Positions 9,912 through 20,145 of a stretch of 64,000 bases of DNA are shown piece by piece (the first letter of the stretch is position 1; every line of letters begins with the position of its first letter). This stretch comes from a virus. The DNA lies in the IMG/VR virus record IMGVR_UViG_3300017774_006254, positions 97,503 through 161,502 of that record; one strand, written 5' to 3'. The translations under genes and the position numbers were made by a program. The notes beneath the pieces were generated by a model, which was given only the letters and a program-made list of their open reading frames with translations, was not told the origin of the DNA and searched no databases.

Positions 9912-10754
9912 AGCTACACCACGCGGTCCTCACTGCCGAGAAGATGCTCGAACGACAAGACCTCTCATCAGAAGAACGCATCGCTCTTGTCGTCGTGACT
10001 CGATTCTCGAAGAGAGTGCTTGCCGCAAAGCGGGCCATCCGATCTCTCGAAAAAGCTGTCAGCGGAGAAGACCTGAACCAGGACGAGTTGCCTGCCGGAT
10101 GATAGAGTTGGTCATGCGTAACACGGGCAAAGAAGCACTGCGTCGGCTAGGAGCATTTGTCTGTGGCATCTGCGACGAGCTGTCTGAGAAAGCGGGCTCT
10201 GTTGTCCCGCAGGACGTGCAAGTGGGCATCTACGCCGTAGGGACGACTATCGACGTGTGCGCCGCCTGCCTAGAGCGGCACAGCGAAGAAGCACAGCGAA
10301 AGCAGGCCGAACTCAAGCGCCAGGACGAACACCGTCGTCGAATGGACGAAATCGAGAGGAACCACAAGAAGTGGATGGACAAGCATCTCGAAAAAGCCAT
10401 TCCGCTCCTGTCCGTGACGCACAGTTCAAGCAGCTCCTCCTACAAGCACAGCTGCATTCAAGCTCATGATGATTTGATGGCGGCCACAAACGGTCGCTTC
10501 GGAACGAGACGCTGACGACCATGGCCGACCCGATTCACCACTGCGAACTCTGCGGAAGGAAGCTGGGTCAAATTCGCATCGAGCTTCCGCAGGACATGAT
10601 CGCCCGTATTGAGCTGGAGTCGGAGATGGTAGAAGACCCGACGTGCCTTCGGTTTTGTGACCAGAAGTGCAAGAAACGCTGGGGCGATTTGAAGCAGCAG
10701 GCTGCTTGGAAGGCTCACGGCGCGCTCTGTATGTGCCCCAGATGTCTCAGGTGA
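9908..10754 (+). CDS. Three small hypothetical ORFs (9908-10102, 10099-10515, 10521-10754), two with CxxC pairs
   Basis: Coupled or closely spaced ORFs. Confidence 0.55.
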
Positions 10755-10776
10755 GCGCGCGTGTTACGATCTGCGC

Positions 10777-12276
10777 ATGAGCTACAGTCACAGCCTCGGG
10801 GCCGGTCTATCAGCGCCACTGCTCTCCGCTTCGAATGCGGTGTTGCCGAAGAACACCCTGTCGGTGGCTCCGAAGGCTGCGACTGCGCCTGTGTCAACGG
10901 ATCCGTTTCAGATTGTTCCACCAGAGTGCAGCCGCATGCGTCCTACCGGCACCAGCATCTACCCCACGATTGCTGCGGGTCAGATTGCTATGTTCACTTG
11001 GCCGTATGTGACGCTGGATGACGTCCAGGTTCGGTCTGCGCTTGATGCCATCGTTGGGAACGGTTCACAGGGCGGAGGGCCAGCTGTACTTGCGGGTTTG
11101 GTGAGTGCTGTCAGCTCAGCCGTTGTTGCGACGTCTACCGCTCAGACAGGGCAGGTGACGTCCGACGCTGTGCGCGCAAGAGCGGTCGCCCTTGCTCCTG
11201 CTTTTTTGGCAGCGGGTTTCATCAGAGATGCCGAGGTGAATCAGTCGGTCACGCGGGGGTACTTGTGGATCGCTGCATCTTGGACTGCGGCTCAGAATGT
11301 CAACGAAGCGAAGCGAATCGTGACGTCTGTTCTGAGGTCCGCGCTTCCTCCTGATGCTCTGTGGACGGGAGCAACGCTTCCATCGGGGAAGGTCAAGGCG
11401 ATCTCGGGACTTGTCACGGCAGTGGCGAACGAGTCGGACGTTGCGCTTGAAGCTGCCGCGAAGGAGTCGGTAGTCAGTTTCGTCGAAGCCGCGAGCGCTC
11501 TGGCTTCGGTTGTTGCCACGGTGCTTGGTGGAAGAACCGTATCGAGCGCTGCGGTGGCTATGCGAAACGAGTTCAGCACTTCGTCCGAGAGGATGAGGAA
11601 AGCTGCTTTGGCCATCCAGTCGGCCACCAGCTTGGTCGGTCAAGTTGAGGCCGTGGCTGCGGCGGCGATGGCTCTCCCGGCTGAAGCGCAGAATACGGCG
11701 GGCATTGCGCTACAGGAGATGCAGCAGCGTCTCCGAGAGAGCAAGAGTTGGATCACGGACGGCATGCAGAATGCGCGTTCCGTTCTGGAAACCTGTGCGC
11801 AAGAGACCAACGGAACGGGAGGCATCGCTCGTCGTCTTCGAGATCTCGTGTACGAAGATGCCCGAGCGACCATCGATCGACGAGGCGTACCTACGGTGGC
11901 ACGTGAGTACGCAAAGTGTCAGCTGTGGAAGCGGGCTCAGCAGCAGCTGGACAACGAGCTTCGAGGCCTGGCCGCAGAGCTGAGCGGCGCATGCACTGTT
12001 GCTGGCGGCCTCATTCAGAATGGCAATTCACTCGAAGCTTTGATCGCGACTGTCGACGCCGCACTTGCTCGTCTCGACTTCGTCATCTCTCAGCTCCGGA
12101 TGAACTGGTGGTCGCGTGACTACATGGGAGTACCAGTCGGCTACTGGATTGGTGGCGCATCTGCGATTGCTCTGGTTGGTGGCGGCCTTGTGATTCGGTC
12201 CATCAAGCGAAGGAGAGCGACAGCTGCGCCACCCAAGCCTGCGCCAGTATCCAAGAACAGGAGGAGATCTCGATGA
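10777..12276 (+). CDS. Ala-rich helical membrane-anchored protein, probable virion component
   Basis: MSY..SLGA start; C-terminal TM followed by VSKNRRRSR. Confidence 0.7.
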   Translation: MSYSHSLGAGLSAPLLSASNAVLPKNTLSVAPKAATAPVSTDPFQIVPPECSRMRPTGTSIYPTIAAGQIAMFTWPYVTLDDVQVRSALDAIVGNGSQGGGPAVLAGLVSAVSSAVVATSTAQTGQVTSDAVRARAVALAPAFLAAGFIRDAEVNQSVTRGYLWIAASWTAAQNVNEAKRIVTSVLRSALPPDALWTGATLPSGKVKAISGLVTAVANESDVALEAAAKESVVSFVEAASALASVVATVLGGRTVSSAAVAMRNEFSTSSERMRKAALAIQSATSLVGQVEAVAAAAMALPAEAQNTAGIALQEMQQRLRESKSWITDGMQNARSVLETCAQETNGTGGIARRLRDLVYEDARATIDRRGVPTVAREYAKCQLWKRAQQQLDNELRGLAAELSGACTVAGGLIQNGNSLEALIATVDAALARLDFVISQLRMNWWSRDYMGVPVGYWIGGASAIALVGGGLVIRSIKRRRATAAPPKPAPVSKNRRRSR

Positions 12277-13193
12277 GCTACGTCGGACACAGGCATGGCG
12301 TCCCGCCAATGACCCGGCACTTCTACTTGCGTGACCGTGGCCTCGGACAGAGCCCCTCACCTCCGCTTCGCTCTTTTGACGAGCTGCCAAAAGAGGGTGA
12401 GCGATTCAACATCATGTGGGCGCTCTTGAGCGACGCTCCGACGATCCAAGCTCTTCGAAATCGACTGATCGAGCTTCGAGCGTTGAACCCTAGCGAAGCG
12501 GATGATTCTTTGTCCGAGACAGGGGCACTTGTCACTGGATTGAAGAACTTCTGGCTCAGGGCTTCATCCGATCCAGACCTGTGGCCAGGTATCCACGCTC
12601 ACCAGAACTTCAACTTCGGCCCGACGAATATGCAGAACGGAGTGGGTCAGATTCGCATCAATAGGGGCATGTGGGACCTCTTGAACGGTGCTGACGTGCA
12701 CCGACCATGGCGCGAGACGGACCGTGGATTTGTACGCTTGCGCGCTTCGGACCCTGTCATGACAGCGATGCGCAACAGGCTTTACAGCCTCGGCTACATC
12801 GACGCAGCCGTCATGCCTTCTGTTCAGGAAAACAGTGAGTTCGTGCGCGCTCTCATGACGTACGCATACGAGCTTGGCGGCATTGGTGTAGACGCGGGAT
12901 CCTGGCCGAGCGGCTTCAATTTCGGCCCGAACGACGGAGATAAGCTCAGGATCTCGTCGCAGCTTCTTAACTCACTGATCAACACACAGGACAACCCGAG
13001 GTCTGTGGCGGCCGTGGAGGGGTTCACATCGGGGATTGCGACCATGCGCACAAAGCCGCCGTTGATTGGCAGCGTGGGCGCAGGTTCGCCGTCGGCGCTC
13101 TTGTTGACGCCAGCGCCTGTCTTGAGAAGGGTAGCCATCTCCAGCATTGCATCTCGCCCCGGCTTGGTCGCGGCAATGACGAAGGCCAGATGA
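12273..13193 (+). CDS. Probable virion protein with two internal repeats
   Basis: MSY start, RGLGQ; LRNRL..WP..NFGP..RI module occurs twice. Confidence 0.7.
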   Translation: MSYVGHRHGVPPMTRHFYLRDRGLGQSPSPPLRSFDELPKEGERFNIMWALLSDAPTIQALRNRLIELRALNPSEADDSLSETGALVTGLKNFWLRASSDPDLWPGIHAHQNFNFGPTNMQNGVGQIRINRGMWDLLNGADVHRPWRETDRGFVRLRASDPVMTAMRNRLYSLGYIDAAVMPSVQENSEFVRALMTYAYELGGIGVDAGSWPSGFNFGPNDGDKLRISSQLLNSLINTQDNPRSVAAVEGFTSGIATMRTKPPLIGSVGAGSPSALLLTPAPVLRRVAISSIASRPGLVAAMTKAR

Positions 13194-13654
13194 TGGATGC
13201 CAACGCACAAAAAGACCTGTACTGGTTCTTCGTCCAGCTCTGGCCATCGATGGTCGTGGCTCTCATCGTGTACGTGGGCGGTCTGACAACCAACGCGCTC
13301 GCGTCTCTGTTTTTCCCAGCGGCAAAGGCGTACCTCTCTGGCAAGCAAGCAGAGATCGATCCCTCGTGGCCGTTTCTGTTTCGCTTGTGGGCGTCGACAC
13401 GAGTGTCTCACCCGTTTCTGGTCGGCGCGCTGATTTCTCTTGTTCCAGAACTTCCTCGGCCGGAGTTCGCCGAGGGCGAAATTAGCGCGGCTATGTGGTT
13501 CGGGCTCGTCGGCATGCTCAACGGGCAGGTGCACATGATCGGTGAGTCCGTTGTTCGACAAATTACCAGGGTGGTGGGACTCATTCTTCCGTGGGCTCGA
13601 ACGAAGCTTGGCCTTCCAGCAAGCGAGACCGAATCGGACAAGACGGATGCCTGA
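13190..13654 (+). CDS. Multi-TM membrane protein (holin-like candidate)
   Basis: 3-4 hydrophobic segments in 154 aa. Confidence 0.55.
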   Translation: MMDANAQKDLYWFFVQLWPSMVVALIVYVGGLTTNALASLFFPAAKAYLSGKQAEIDPSWPFLFRLWASTRVSHPFLVGALISLVPELPRPEFAEGEISAAMWFGLVGMLNGQVHMIGESVVRQITRVVGLILPWARTKLGLPASETESDKTDA

Positions 13655-14000
13655 CATTCTGAAGAAGCCTGGTGTTGTTCTGGTCCTGGCGATGGCGATC
13701 TTGCTCCTGGTCGCACTGGCTGCGACGGCGTTCCAAGGCTGCCACTGCTCGGGGACGCCCGCTCTAATCGTCACGGGAATTGATGCGGGGCCTGGAGAGC
13801 GCATCATCGAGGACAGGCTTGACGCTCGCGTCCAGCAGTTGTCGGTGCGCATTGAGCAGATCGAAGAGAAGTTCTCAGACGACCTAGCGGCTTTCGATGC
13901 GCAGCAGCGCGCTGAGTACGAGCGCTTGCGCGAAGGTGAAGACCTGGAAGCCGCAGCACGAATGCTGTCTGATTGGAATCGGCACCGGACTCGCCAATGA
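13647..14000 (+). CDS. Membrane/lipoprotein-anchored coiled-coil protein (spanin-like candidate)
   Basis: N-terminal TM ending FQGC, then coiled coil. Confidence 0.5.
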   Translation: MPDILKKPGVVLVLAMAILLLVALAATAFQGCHCSGTPALIVTGIDAGPGERIIEDRLDARVQQLSVRIEQIEEKFSDDLAAFDAQQRAEYERLREGEDLEAAARMLSDWNRHRTRQ

Positions 14001-15331
14001 AGTACAGCTTCCGCGAGTTCTCGGATGCATTACCGAAGTCGATTGTGGCACTTGCCCAGGCCAACACCTACGAGGTGCTCAGTCATCCGCGTCTCATCTT
14101 GATGCACGCGGCGGAAGAAGTGCAAATCTTCCTGGATTCCCGTTGTCGCCAGTATCTACCCGAAGCACTACGAGTCCTGCCGAATGACCCTGAGGCCAGG
14201 TTCGACTCTGCGCATGATGATAGACGGTTGATATTCGCAGCTATCGGGGCTCTTTGCGACGAGGGTTTTCAGCCTTTTGCAGCAAATCTAGCTCCGCCGC
14301 CAGATCATGAAGTAGCGGGACTATTGCCGGACATAGGCTTGCTCATTCAGCTGGTTCAACAGGATGAGCCTCTGTACCAGGAGCAAGCAAGCCGGTGGCT
14401 CGTCGCTGCGCATTTTTATGAGCAGTTCCGTGCCTACCTAGAAGAGAGCCCGGGCTTCTCTGAGTCCAGCTTGCGCATGACGCCAGAGCAAGCGGCCATT
14501 GGAGTGGGAATTATCAACAAGTGGTGGCCGTGGGTTGAAGCGATCGAAGCGGCCTCCAAGTCGGGCGAATGGGTCGACTGGAAAGGCCTTGGCGCGTCTG
14601 GTCTTCATCCGAACGCGAGAGCGACAAGTTTTCGCAAGTTGCTCGCCAGCCTTCCCGAGCCGCTGTCCGGGCCGTTGCGCGTCAAAGATGCGCGCGAGTC
14701 GCTCCAACGATGTGGGAGCGAAGCGCTGTCTACGGCGGCGATCATATGCCGTGCGTCCAAACCGGATGCACTGCGAAAGGCCATCAGCGAAACCGCGCTC
14801 ATGAGAAGCGATTTTGAGTTTCTTACTCGCTTCACGTTTGCTGCGATTGCCCGTCTTTCCGATGAGGGCTTTCAGCCGTTCCTTTCCAGTCTGACACCTC
14901 CAAACGATCCCGGGTTTGACGAGTTCTTACCGAGCGCTGACGCGTTGATTCGCCTGGTGCAGCAAGACGAGCGCCTGTATCAGGAGCAAGCTAGCCGCTG
15001 GCTTGTGGCAGCTCATTGCCACGCGCAACTGCGCGCTTACAGCAAGGACAACCCTGAATGCTTTCTTGGTCATTCATACGACAATCTGATGACCATCGAG
15101 CAGGCTGAGGGCTTGGTTGCCATTTTGAACAAATGGTGGCCGTGGGTCGCAATCTGCGACAAGGCGATCTCGACCGAAGGCACCTATGACCCTGCTCGGC
15201 GCTTGCGGGATGGAACGACCAACTACATCGACTGGAAGCATCTTTTTGGCGCTACCGAACTTCGTCCGAATGCAAGACGCACGAGCAAGCGCCGCCGCAC
15301 AAGCAGACGCTCCTCCAGGCGTGTAAGGTAG
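13997..15331 (+). CDS. Tandem two-domain repeat protein with Arg/Ser-rich tail
   Basis: DEGFQPF..LVQQDExLYQEQASRWLVAAH..NKWWPWV present twice; tail RRTSKRRRTSRRSSRRVR. Confidence 0.8.
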   Translation: MKYSFREFSDALPKSIVALAQANTYEVLSHPRLILMHAAEEVQIFLDSRCRQYLPEALRVLPNDPEARFDSAHDDRRLIFAAIGALCDEGFQPFAANLAPPPDHEVAGLLPDIGLLIQLVQQDEPLYQEQASRWLVAAHFYEQFRAYLEESPGFSESSLRMTPEQAAIGVGIINKWWPWVEAIEAASKSGEWVDWKGLGASGLHPNARATSFRKLLASLPEPLSGPLRVKDARESLQRCGSEALSTAAIICRASKPDALRKAISETALMRSDFEFLTRFTFAAIARLSDEGFQPFLSSLTPPNDPGFDEFLPSADALIRLVQQDERLYQEQASRWLVAAHCHAQLRAYSKDNPECFLGHSYDNLMTIEQAEGLVAILNKWWPWVAICDKAISTEGTYDPARRLRDGTTNYIDWKHLFGATELRPNARRTSKRRRTSRRSSRRVR

Positions 15332-15335
15332 AACC

Positions 15336-15809
15336 ATGTTTCGTCACATCGCTGCGCTCACCATCTGCCTCTGCACTGCCTCCGTGCCCGCTGAGGCCCA
15401 GAATGCGCCCGAGTATCAGCTCACTGAGCCAGCGGACATTCTCCCTCTGCGAAGGGGTTCCGTTGCGCCACGTGACGGGCTTCTCATTGACGCGTCGGAC
15501 CTCCTACAGATTCGCGCCGACTACGAGCGTCTGCGGTTCCTCTTGGCGCGCACCTCAGAGCGCGACACTGAGGTCTGCGGGATACGCGTGCAGATTGAAG
15601 AGGCGCGGACGGCCGCTTGCGGCGAGCGCGTGAGGCTCCGAGACGATCTGTGGACCGCGCGGCAGGCGGAGCTTGTGGGCCAGGTTGCCGCCGCTCAGGA
15701 GCAGGCTCGTCGCGCCGCGGAGCGTGGCTGGTGGGAGCTTCCGATCGTCTGGGCGATACTCGGGGCGGCCGTAGTCGGAGCCGCGTGGATTGCAGCCGCT
15801 GTGTACTAG
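15336..15809 (+). CDS. Secreted coiled-coil protein with C-terminal TM
   Basis: Signal peptide ending AEA|Q, coiled coil, terminal hydrophobic helix. Confidence 0.65.
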   Translation: MFRHIAALTICLCTASVPAEAQNAPEYQLTEPADILPLRRGSVAPRDGLLIDASDLLQIRADYERLRFLLARTSERDTEVCGIRVQIEEARTAACGERVRLRDDLWTARQAELVGQVAAAQEQARRAAERGWWELPIVWAILGAAVVGAAWIAAAVY

Positions 15810-15844
15810 TTGACGACCCAGTCTGAACCTGTCAGACACGTGGT

Positions 15845-16633
15845 ATGTCGAATGAAGGCGGTCCGAAGATACTGGTGAACCCGATCACAGATCGGCAGCG
15901 AGACGTGCTCGTCTGTATCCGCAAGTCCCTCGATGACCATGCGTACGCTCCAACGCTTCGGGAGATTGGTGACGCCCTCGACATCCAGAGTACCAATGGT
16001 GTGACCGAGCACCTCCAGGCGCTGATCCGCAAGGGCTACGTCGAGAAGGATGGTCAGAAGTCGAGAGCGCTGCGTCTTACGAAGATGGGGATGATCATCA
16101 CGGACCCGCCTCGACTTCCTGATGTCAGAAGAGGGAACTACCCCAGCAATCCCACGGAGGGTATCGAGCAGACATACTCGGTCGTCTCTTCCTTGCGGTA
16201 TCTGGCAGACGCCGCGGACCATCTGCTCCACGACCACAACTGCGACACGTTGCACTGGGAGCAGATCGTGGCCGCGAAGGACGCGGCTCGTATTCACGCG
16301 GACAGGCTGGAAAAATCAGGAGACCCCGAATCCGAGCGAGACGCTCTGCGCTCGGAGAACGCAAAGCTAAGGCGTCGCCTTGAGACAGCTTCGCCTTGGC
16401 AGGCAAAGTCGTTCACGGAAGAAGAGATGCGCGCGATCGAGTCGAGGTGGGCTACGGGACCTGAGAGGTATCAGGCAGACGCAGACTCGATGATCGCCTT
16501 CATCCGGTTCCTGAAGGGCGCCAACCAAGAGCTGCGCGCGAGAATCATGGAGTCGTCTGACGAGAAGCTGCAAGGAGCGGCGACTGAGTCGGTGGAAGAA
16601 TTGTTCGCTGCGCACCGGCGGAGGGAGTCGTGA
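15845..16633 (+). CDS. LexA-type winged-HTH DNA-binding protein lacking the S24 peptidase domain
   Basis: TDRQRDVL..PTLREIGDALDIQSTNGVTEHLQALIRKGY..SRALRL. Confidence 0.85.
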   Translation: MSNEGGPKILVNPITDRQRDVLVCIRKSLDDHAYAPTLREIGDALDIQSTNGVTEHLQALIRKGYVEKDGQKSRALRLTKMGMIITDPPRLPDVRRGNYPSNPTEGIEQTYSVVSSLRYLADAADHLLHDHNCDTLHWEQIVAAKDAARIHADRLEKSGDPESERDALRSENAKLRRRLETASPWQAKSFTEEEMRAIESRWATGPERYQADADSMIAFIRFLKGANQELRARIMESSDEKLQGAATESVEELFAAHRRRES

Positions 16634-16938
16634 GACTCTTCGGCGTTCAGGTTTGCAGGCGCCTCGGCCTCCCCAAGACGCAGCAGATCGCTGTTGGGAA
16701 AGAGTGGACGGCGCTGATTAGCCAGCCGGGAGACGAGTCTTGCTACGAACTCGAAGTGATGTTCTCGGGCGAAGTGGGTTGCAATGTTCGTGTTCGCGTA
16801 GGAGCGCAGGGCTCGACATTCGCGACGGCGACTCGTGCCATCGAGCTTGAAATCGAAGCAGCCGTTCGCGGCGAAATTGATCGCCGGTCTACGCAGCTGA
16901 AGCACATGCGGGCTTCGCTGTCGCAGCAGCGTGCCTAG
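16630..16938 (+). CDS. Hypothetical protein
   Basis: GTGA overlap with the LexA-like gene. Confidence 0.55.
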   Translation: MRLFGVQVCRRLGLPKTQQIAVGKEWTALISQPGDESCYELEVMFSGEVGCNVRVRVGAQGSTFATATRAIELEIEAAVRGEIDRRSTQLKHMRASLSQQRA

Positions 16939-17101
16939 TCCGTCGGATGCGTCAAGTGCAGGTACCACGGACCAGCGAACGTCTTCTTCTTTCGACGCCG
17001 CTTGCTCTCTTTGACCATCTCCAGCTGACGCTCGACCTTGATCGACTTGTAGCGCGGAGGTGGTGGGATGAGAGTGCTGTCCCGCGGCGACTGGATGGTC
17101 T

Positions 17102-17317
17102 TCACGTTGATACCGGCGTCGCGCTGATGCGATTATTCTTCAGCCAGTCGTCCACCACTCGCTTCGCACAAGCGAATCTCGGCTTCTCTGTCTGGCCGTT
17201 CAGTACCTTTGCGATGAACATGACGGTTGGCAGCTGCCCCGGAAACCTTCGAAGTTCCTGGTGTATCTCGGCTACCACTACGCCGCGGCCATCGACCCAT
17301 TTGAACATCGCTGCCAC
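17102..17317 (-). CDS. Hypothetical protein
   Basis: 71-aa ORF. Confidence 0.5.
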   Translation of the reverse strand: MAAMFKWVDGRGVVVAEIHQELRRFPGQLPTVMFIAKVLNGQTEKPRFACAKRVVDDWLKNNRISATPVST

Positions 17318-17321
17318 GGGG

Positions 17322-17531
17322 TCACCTGTGTCGACGGCGACGCCTGTTCTTGCTCATCGCTCTTGCCGGAAGGAAGAGGAGCGCGGCGCCCAGTCCCGCA
17401 ATCAGCAGGCCCGTTCCCCACCTTGACTGACTGACACCCTCACCAAGGCCGTTCATGCCACAGCCGCATCCCTCCAAACCCTGCAACGGAAATCGGGTGC
17501 TGCGCATACCTGTGTTCTGCGTGTAACTCAT
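17322..17531 (-). CDS. Small TM protein with Arg tail (probable virion membrane protein)
   Basis: MSY start, GLEGCGCGMNGLGE, TM, MSKNRRRRRHR. Confidence 0.7.
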   Translation of the reverse strand: MSYTQNTGMRSTRFPLQGLEGCGCGMNGLGEGVSQSRWGTGLLIAGLGAALLFLPARAMSKNRRRRRHR

Positions 17532-17620
17532 AGCAGTCACTGTAGCCCACCCGCGCTCGTCTCCCAAGCCAACTATCAGCTAACTATCAATCAGCCGCGA
17601 ATTGATACAGACGAGACTCG

Positions 17621-18832
17621 ATGCGAATTCTAATGGCCACGAACACATATCTTCCCCATGTTGGCGGTGTAGCCAATTCTGTCGACAGAATGGTCAGAAG
17701 CCTTCGAAAGATGGGGCATGACGTCCTTGTCGTGGCGCCTGGGGACAGCGCGATGGCACCCATCTATCTCGATGATGAGCACGTGGTGCGGATGCCTGCA
17801 CTCGCTTCTGTCGCTGGCAGTGGATTTGCCCTCCCCCTGCCGACGGCCGAAAAACTGACGGCGATCATCGCCGCATTCGATCCGGACATCATCCACTCGC
17901 ACCACCAATTCTCGCTTGGAAAAGCCGCGCTCACGGCGGCTCGCCTTCTTCAGAAGCCCATCGTCGTCACCGTTCACACGTTCCTTGAGAACATGGTCAC
18001 GAGCTTCAAGTCGCCGATCAAAACATCGCCGTCAACAAAGATTGTTGCGGCAGCCGCTTCGTTCCTGGGGATGGCCACGTTCCCGATTTTCTATGAGAAC
18101 CAGTGTGACGCGGTGCTCGCGCCAACCGATAGTGCAGCCAGGCTTCTTCTTGAAAGAGGGGTCACGTCTCCCATCTACATCACGCCGTCGGGCATCGACG
18201 CTGACATGTACGCGCGGCCTGACGGCGCTCCGGTGAGAAAGAAGTACGCGATAGATCCAGGCGCGTTCGTAATCGGTCACGTTGGCCGACTGTCGAAGGA
18301 GAAGAATCTCATTCTTCTTGCGAATGCGATGGCCATCGCTCTGGCCGACAACTTCGGCACCCGAGCTGTCATCGTGGGAGACGGGCCCTGCATGGGCGAG
18401 ATGAAGGCAATCTTTCAGCGGCGTCGCGTCGGGGCTCGTGTGCGCTGGCTTGGCGTGAAGCGTGGCCAAGATCTGGCGAACGCATACGGAGCTATGGACG
18501 TGTTCGGCTTTGCTTCGGTCATCGAAACCCAAGGCCTTGTCCTGGCTGAGTCAATGGCGGCGAGTACGCCTGTCATCGCGCTGGATGGACCAGGCACGCG
18601 GGACATCATCCGCAGTGGGGAGAACGGCCAATTGGTCTCCGAGTTGAGCCCGGAGGCGCTCGCAGAGGCGATGATCGATTGGGCGAAGATTCCTCGGCCA
18701 GAACGAGTCAGGAGGCGTGCTCAGGCAAGGGCTACTGGGTTCGATTACGCGCTTGAGAAAACCACAGCGAGACTCGTGTCTGTGTACATGCGGGTTGCAC
18801 ATGATGTCAGACAGCGAGTACAGTCGCGCTGA
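17621..18832 (+). CDS. Glycosyltransferase family 4 (GT-B)
   Basis: MRILM..YLPHVGGV, VGRLSKEKN, ETQGLVLAESMA. Confidence 0.92.
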   Translation: MRILMATNTYLPHVGGVANSVDRMVRSLRKMGHDVLVVAPGDSAMAPIYLDDEHVVRMPALASVAGSGFALPLPTAEKLTAIIAAFDPDIIHSHHQFSLGKAALTAARLLQKPIVVTVHTFLENMVTSFKSPIKTSPSTKIVAAAASFLGMATFPIFYENQCDAVLAPTDSAARLLLERGVTSPIYITPSGIDADMYARPDGAPVRKKYAIDPGAFVIGHVGRLSKEKNLILLANAMAIALADNFGTRAVIVGDGPCMGEMKAIFQRRRVGARVRWLGVKRGQDLANAYGAMDVFGFASVIETQGLVLAESMAASTPVIALDGPGTRDIIRSGENGQLVSELSPEALAEAMIDWAKIPRPERVRRRAQARATGFDYALEKTTARLVSVYMRVAHDVRQRVQSR

Positions 18833-19245
18833 TGTCAGACGAAGACTTGAGCCCTCCACCAGCGAACACCGGCGACGCCTACAGGCTCGTCTTCCTGAAG
18901 ATTGACTCTGAAGGTGTCATCTCGATCAGCGGTTCGGTCAGGTCTCTCACTACGAAGATCTACGACCGGCGGACAGCGATTCGCTTCGCGGCGCATGAGA
19001 TTCAAGAAGCGCCAGTCGGGGTCGCGGAACAGATCGTGGCTGTTGTTGGCCCGAACGGGAGAGCGCTCGCGGTGCTCGCGGCAAGCGGGAAGCCGGTTCG
19101 AGCTGCTCTTGCTCTGCGAACGAAGCGAGCGCTTTCTGGGCTCCTTCCTAACGACATTCAGCCGCGACGCCGAACGAGCCGGACGCCTGTCGATCGCCTG
19201 AGCAAGGGGTCCGAGGCGAAGCGTCGCACGTCGAGACGGGCCTAA
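18832..19245 (+). CDS. Hypothetical protein with RRTSR-rich tail
   Basis: C-terminus PRRRTSRT...KRRTSRRA. Confidence 0.65.
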   Translation: MSDEDLSPPPANTGDAYRLVFLKIDSEGVISISGSVRSLTTKIYDRRTAIRFAAHEIQEAPVGVAEQIVAVVGPNGRALAVLAASGKPVRAALALRTKRALSGLLPNDIQPRRRTSRTPVDRLSKGSEAKRRTSRRA

Positions 19246-19280
19246 TTGCCCAAGGGTGGAGCCAAGGCACCGGGTCGCGT

Positions 19281-19676
19281 ATGCTTGAGCCCATGCATGT
19301 GAACCCCTCTCCCGCAAGCGTTCAACCGTACGTCCCCTCGCTGTACCTTCCAGGGAGCCTCGGACGCTTTCGTCAGTACCCTCGGCGCGTCGTGACGCCT
19401 ATTCCAGGCGCGGGCTACAACGTGGGCCGAGGCGTGTGGGGAGAGCAGGTCTTGTACCTCGGCGGGTACGGCGACCTGTTCCGTCGAGGCCGCTCGTACC
19501 CGTACGGCAAATACGCTCAGGTGCCATTGCGTGGCATGGGACAGGTTCCGACTTCGCCTTGGTACATGAGGGGCTGGGTCTGGGCTCTCGCAGGAGGAGG
19601 CTTGGCTGTCCTTGGCGCTGGGTCTTACATGGCCCTTCGCAAGAACGGTCGCAGCCGTCGCAGGAGAGCGCGATGA
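19281..19676 (+). CDS. TM protein with Arg tail (probable virion protein)
   Basis: LRGMGQ, TM, LRKNGRSRRRRAR. Confidence 0.7.
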   Translation: MLEPMHVNPSPASVQPYVPSLYLPGSLGRFRQYPRRVVTPIPGAGYNVGRGVWGEQVLYLGGYGDLFRRGRSYPYGKYAQVPLRGMGQVPTSPWYMRGWVWALAGGGLAVLGAGSYMALRKNGRSRRRRAR

Positions 19677-20122
19677 GCTACGCATCCAAGAAGTATTGGA
19701 ACGAGTACGCAAGTGCTTGCCAAGGGATGGCGGACGAAGGCGCGTGCTTGAACCGAGCGATTCAGCATGGGGCGTCTGTGACGTTCGCGGCGAGCGGCAT
19801 GGGCCAGGTGCCCGTGCAGACCGTCCAGCAGGGCATCGCCACAGCTGCGAACGTCTCGGAGATCACTGTTCAGCTCTTGCGCAACCCTGAGATGTTTGCG
19901 TCGCAGCAAGCGCCTCGAATCGTCAATGCGCTCGACACGTACATCGTGACGCCGTTAGTCGACCGAGCTGCGGACAGAGCCACGCCGTACTTCGTGCGCT
20001 ACGTGATGCCGCCGCTGGCGGTGCTGTACGTGCTGTCTGGTCTCGCGGCTTTCTACAGCTACAAGGTTTTGGAAGGTCAGCGAGACCGAAAGGTGTCGCC
20101 GAACCGTCGTCGACGCAGGTAA
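19673..20122 (+). CDS. TM protein with Arg tail (probable virion protein)
   Basis: MSY start, SGMGQ, TM, VSPNRRRRR. Confidence 0.72.
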   Translation: MSYASKKYWNEYASACQGMADEGACLNRAIQHGASVTFAASGMGQVPVQTVQQGIATAANVSEITVQLLRNPEMFASQQAPRIVNALDTYIVTPLVDRAADRATPYFVRYVMPPLAVLYVLSGLAAFYSYKVLEGQRDRKVSPNRRRRR

Positions 20123-20145
20123 TCAAAAGAAGGCTGGGCGCCACC

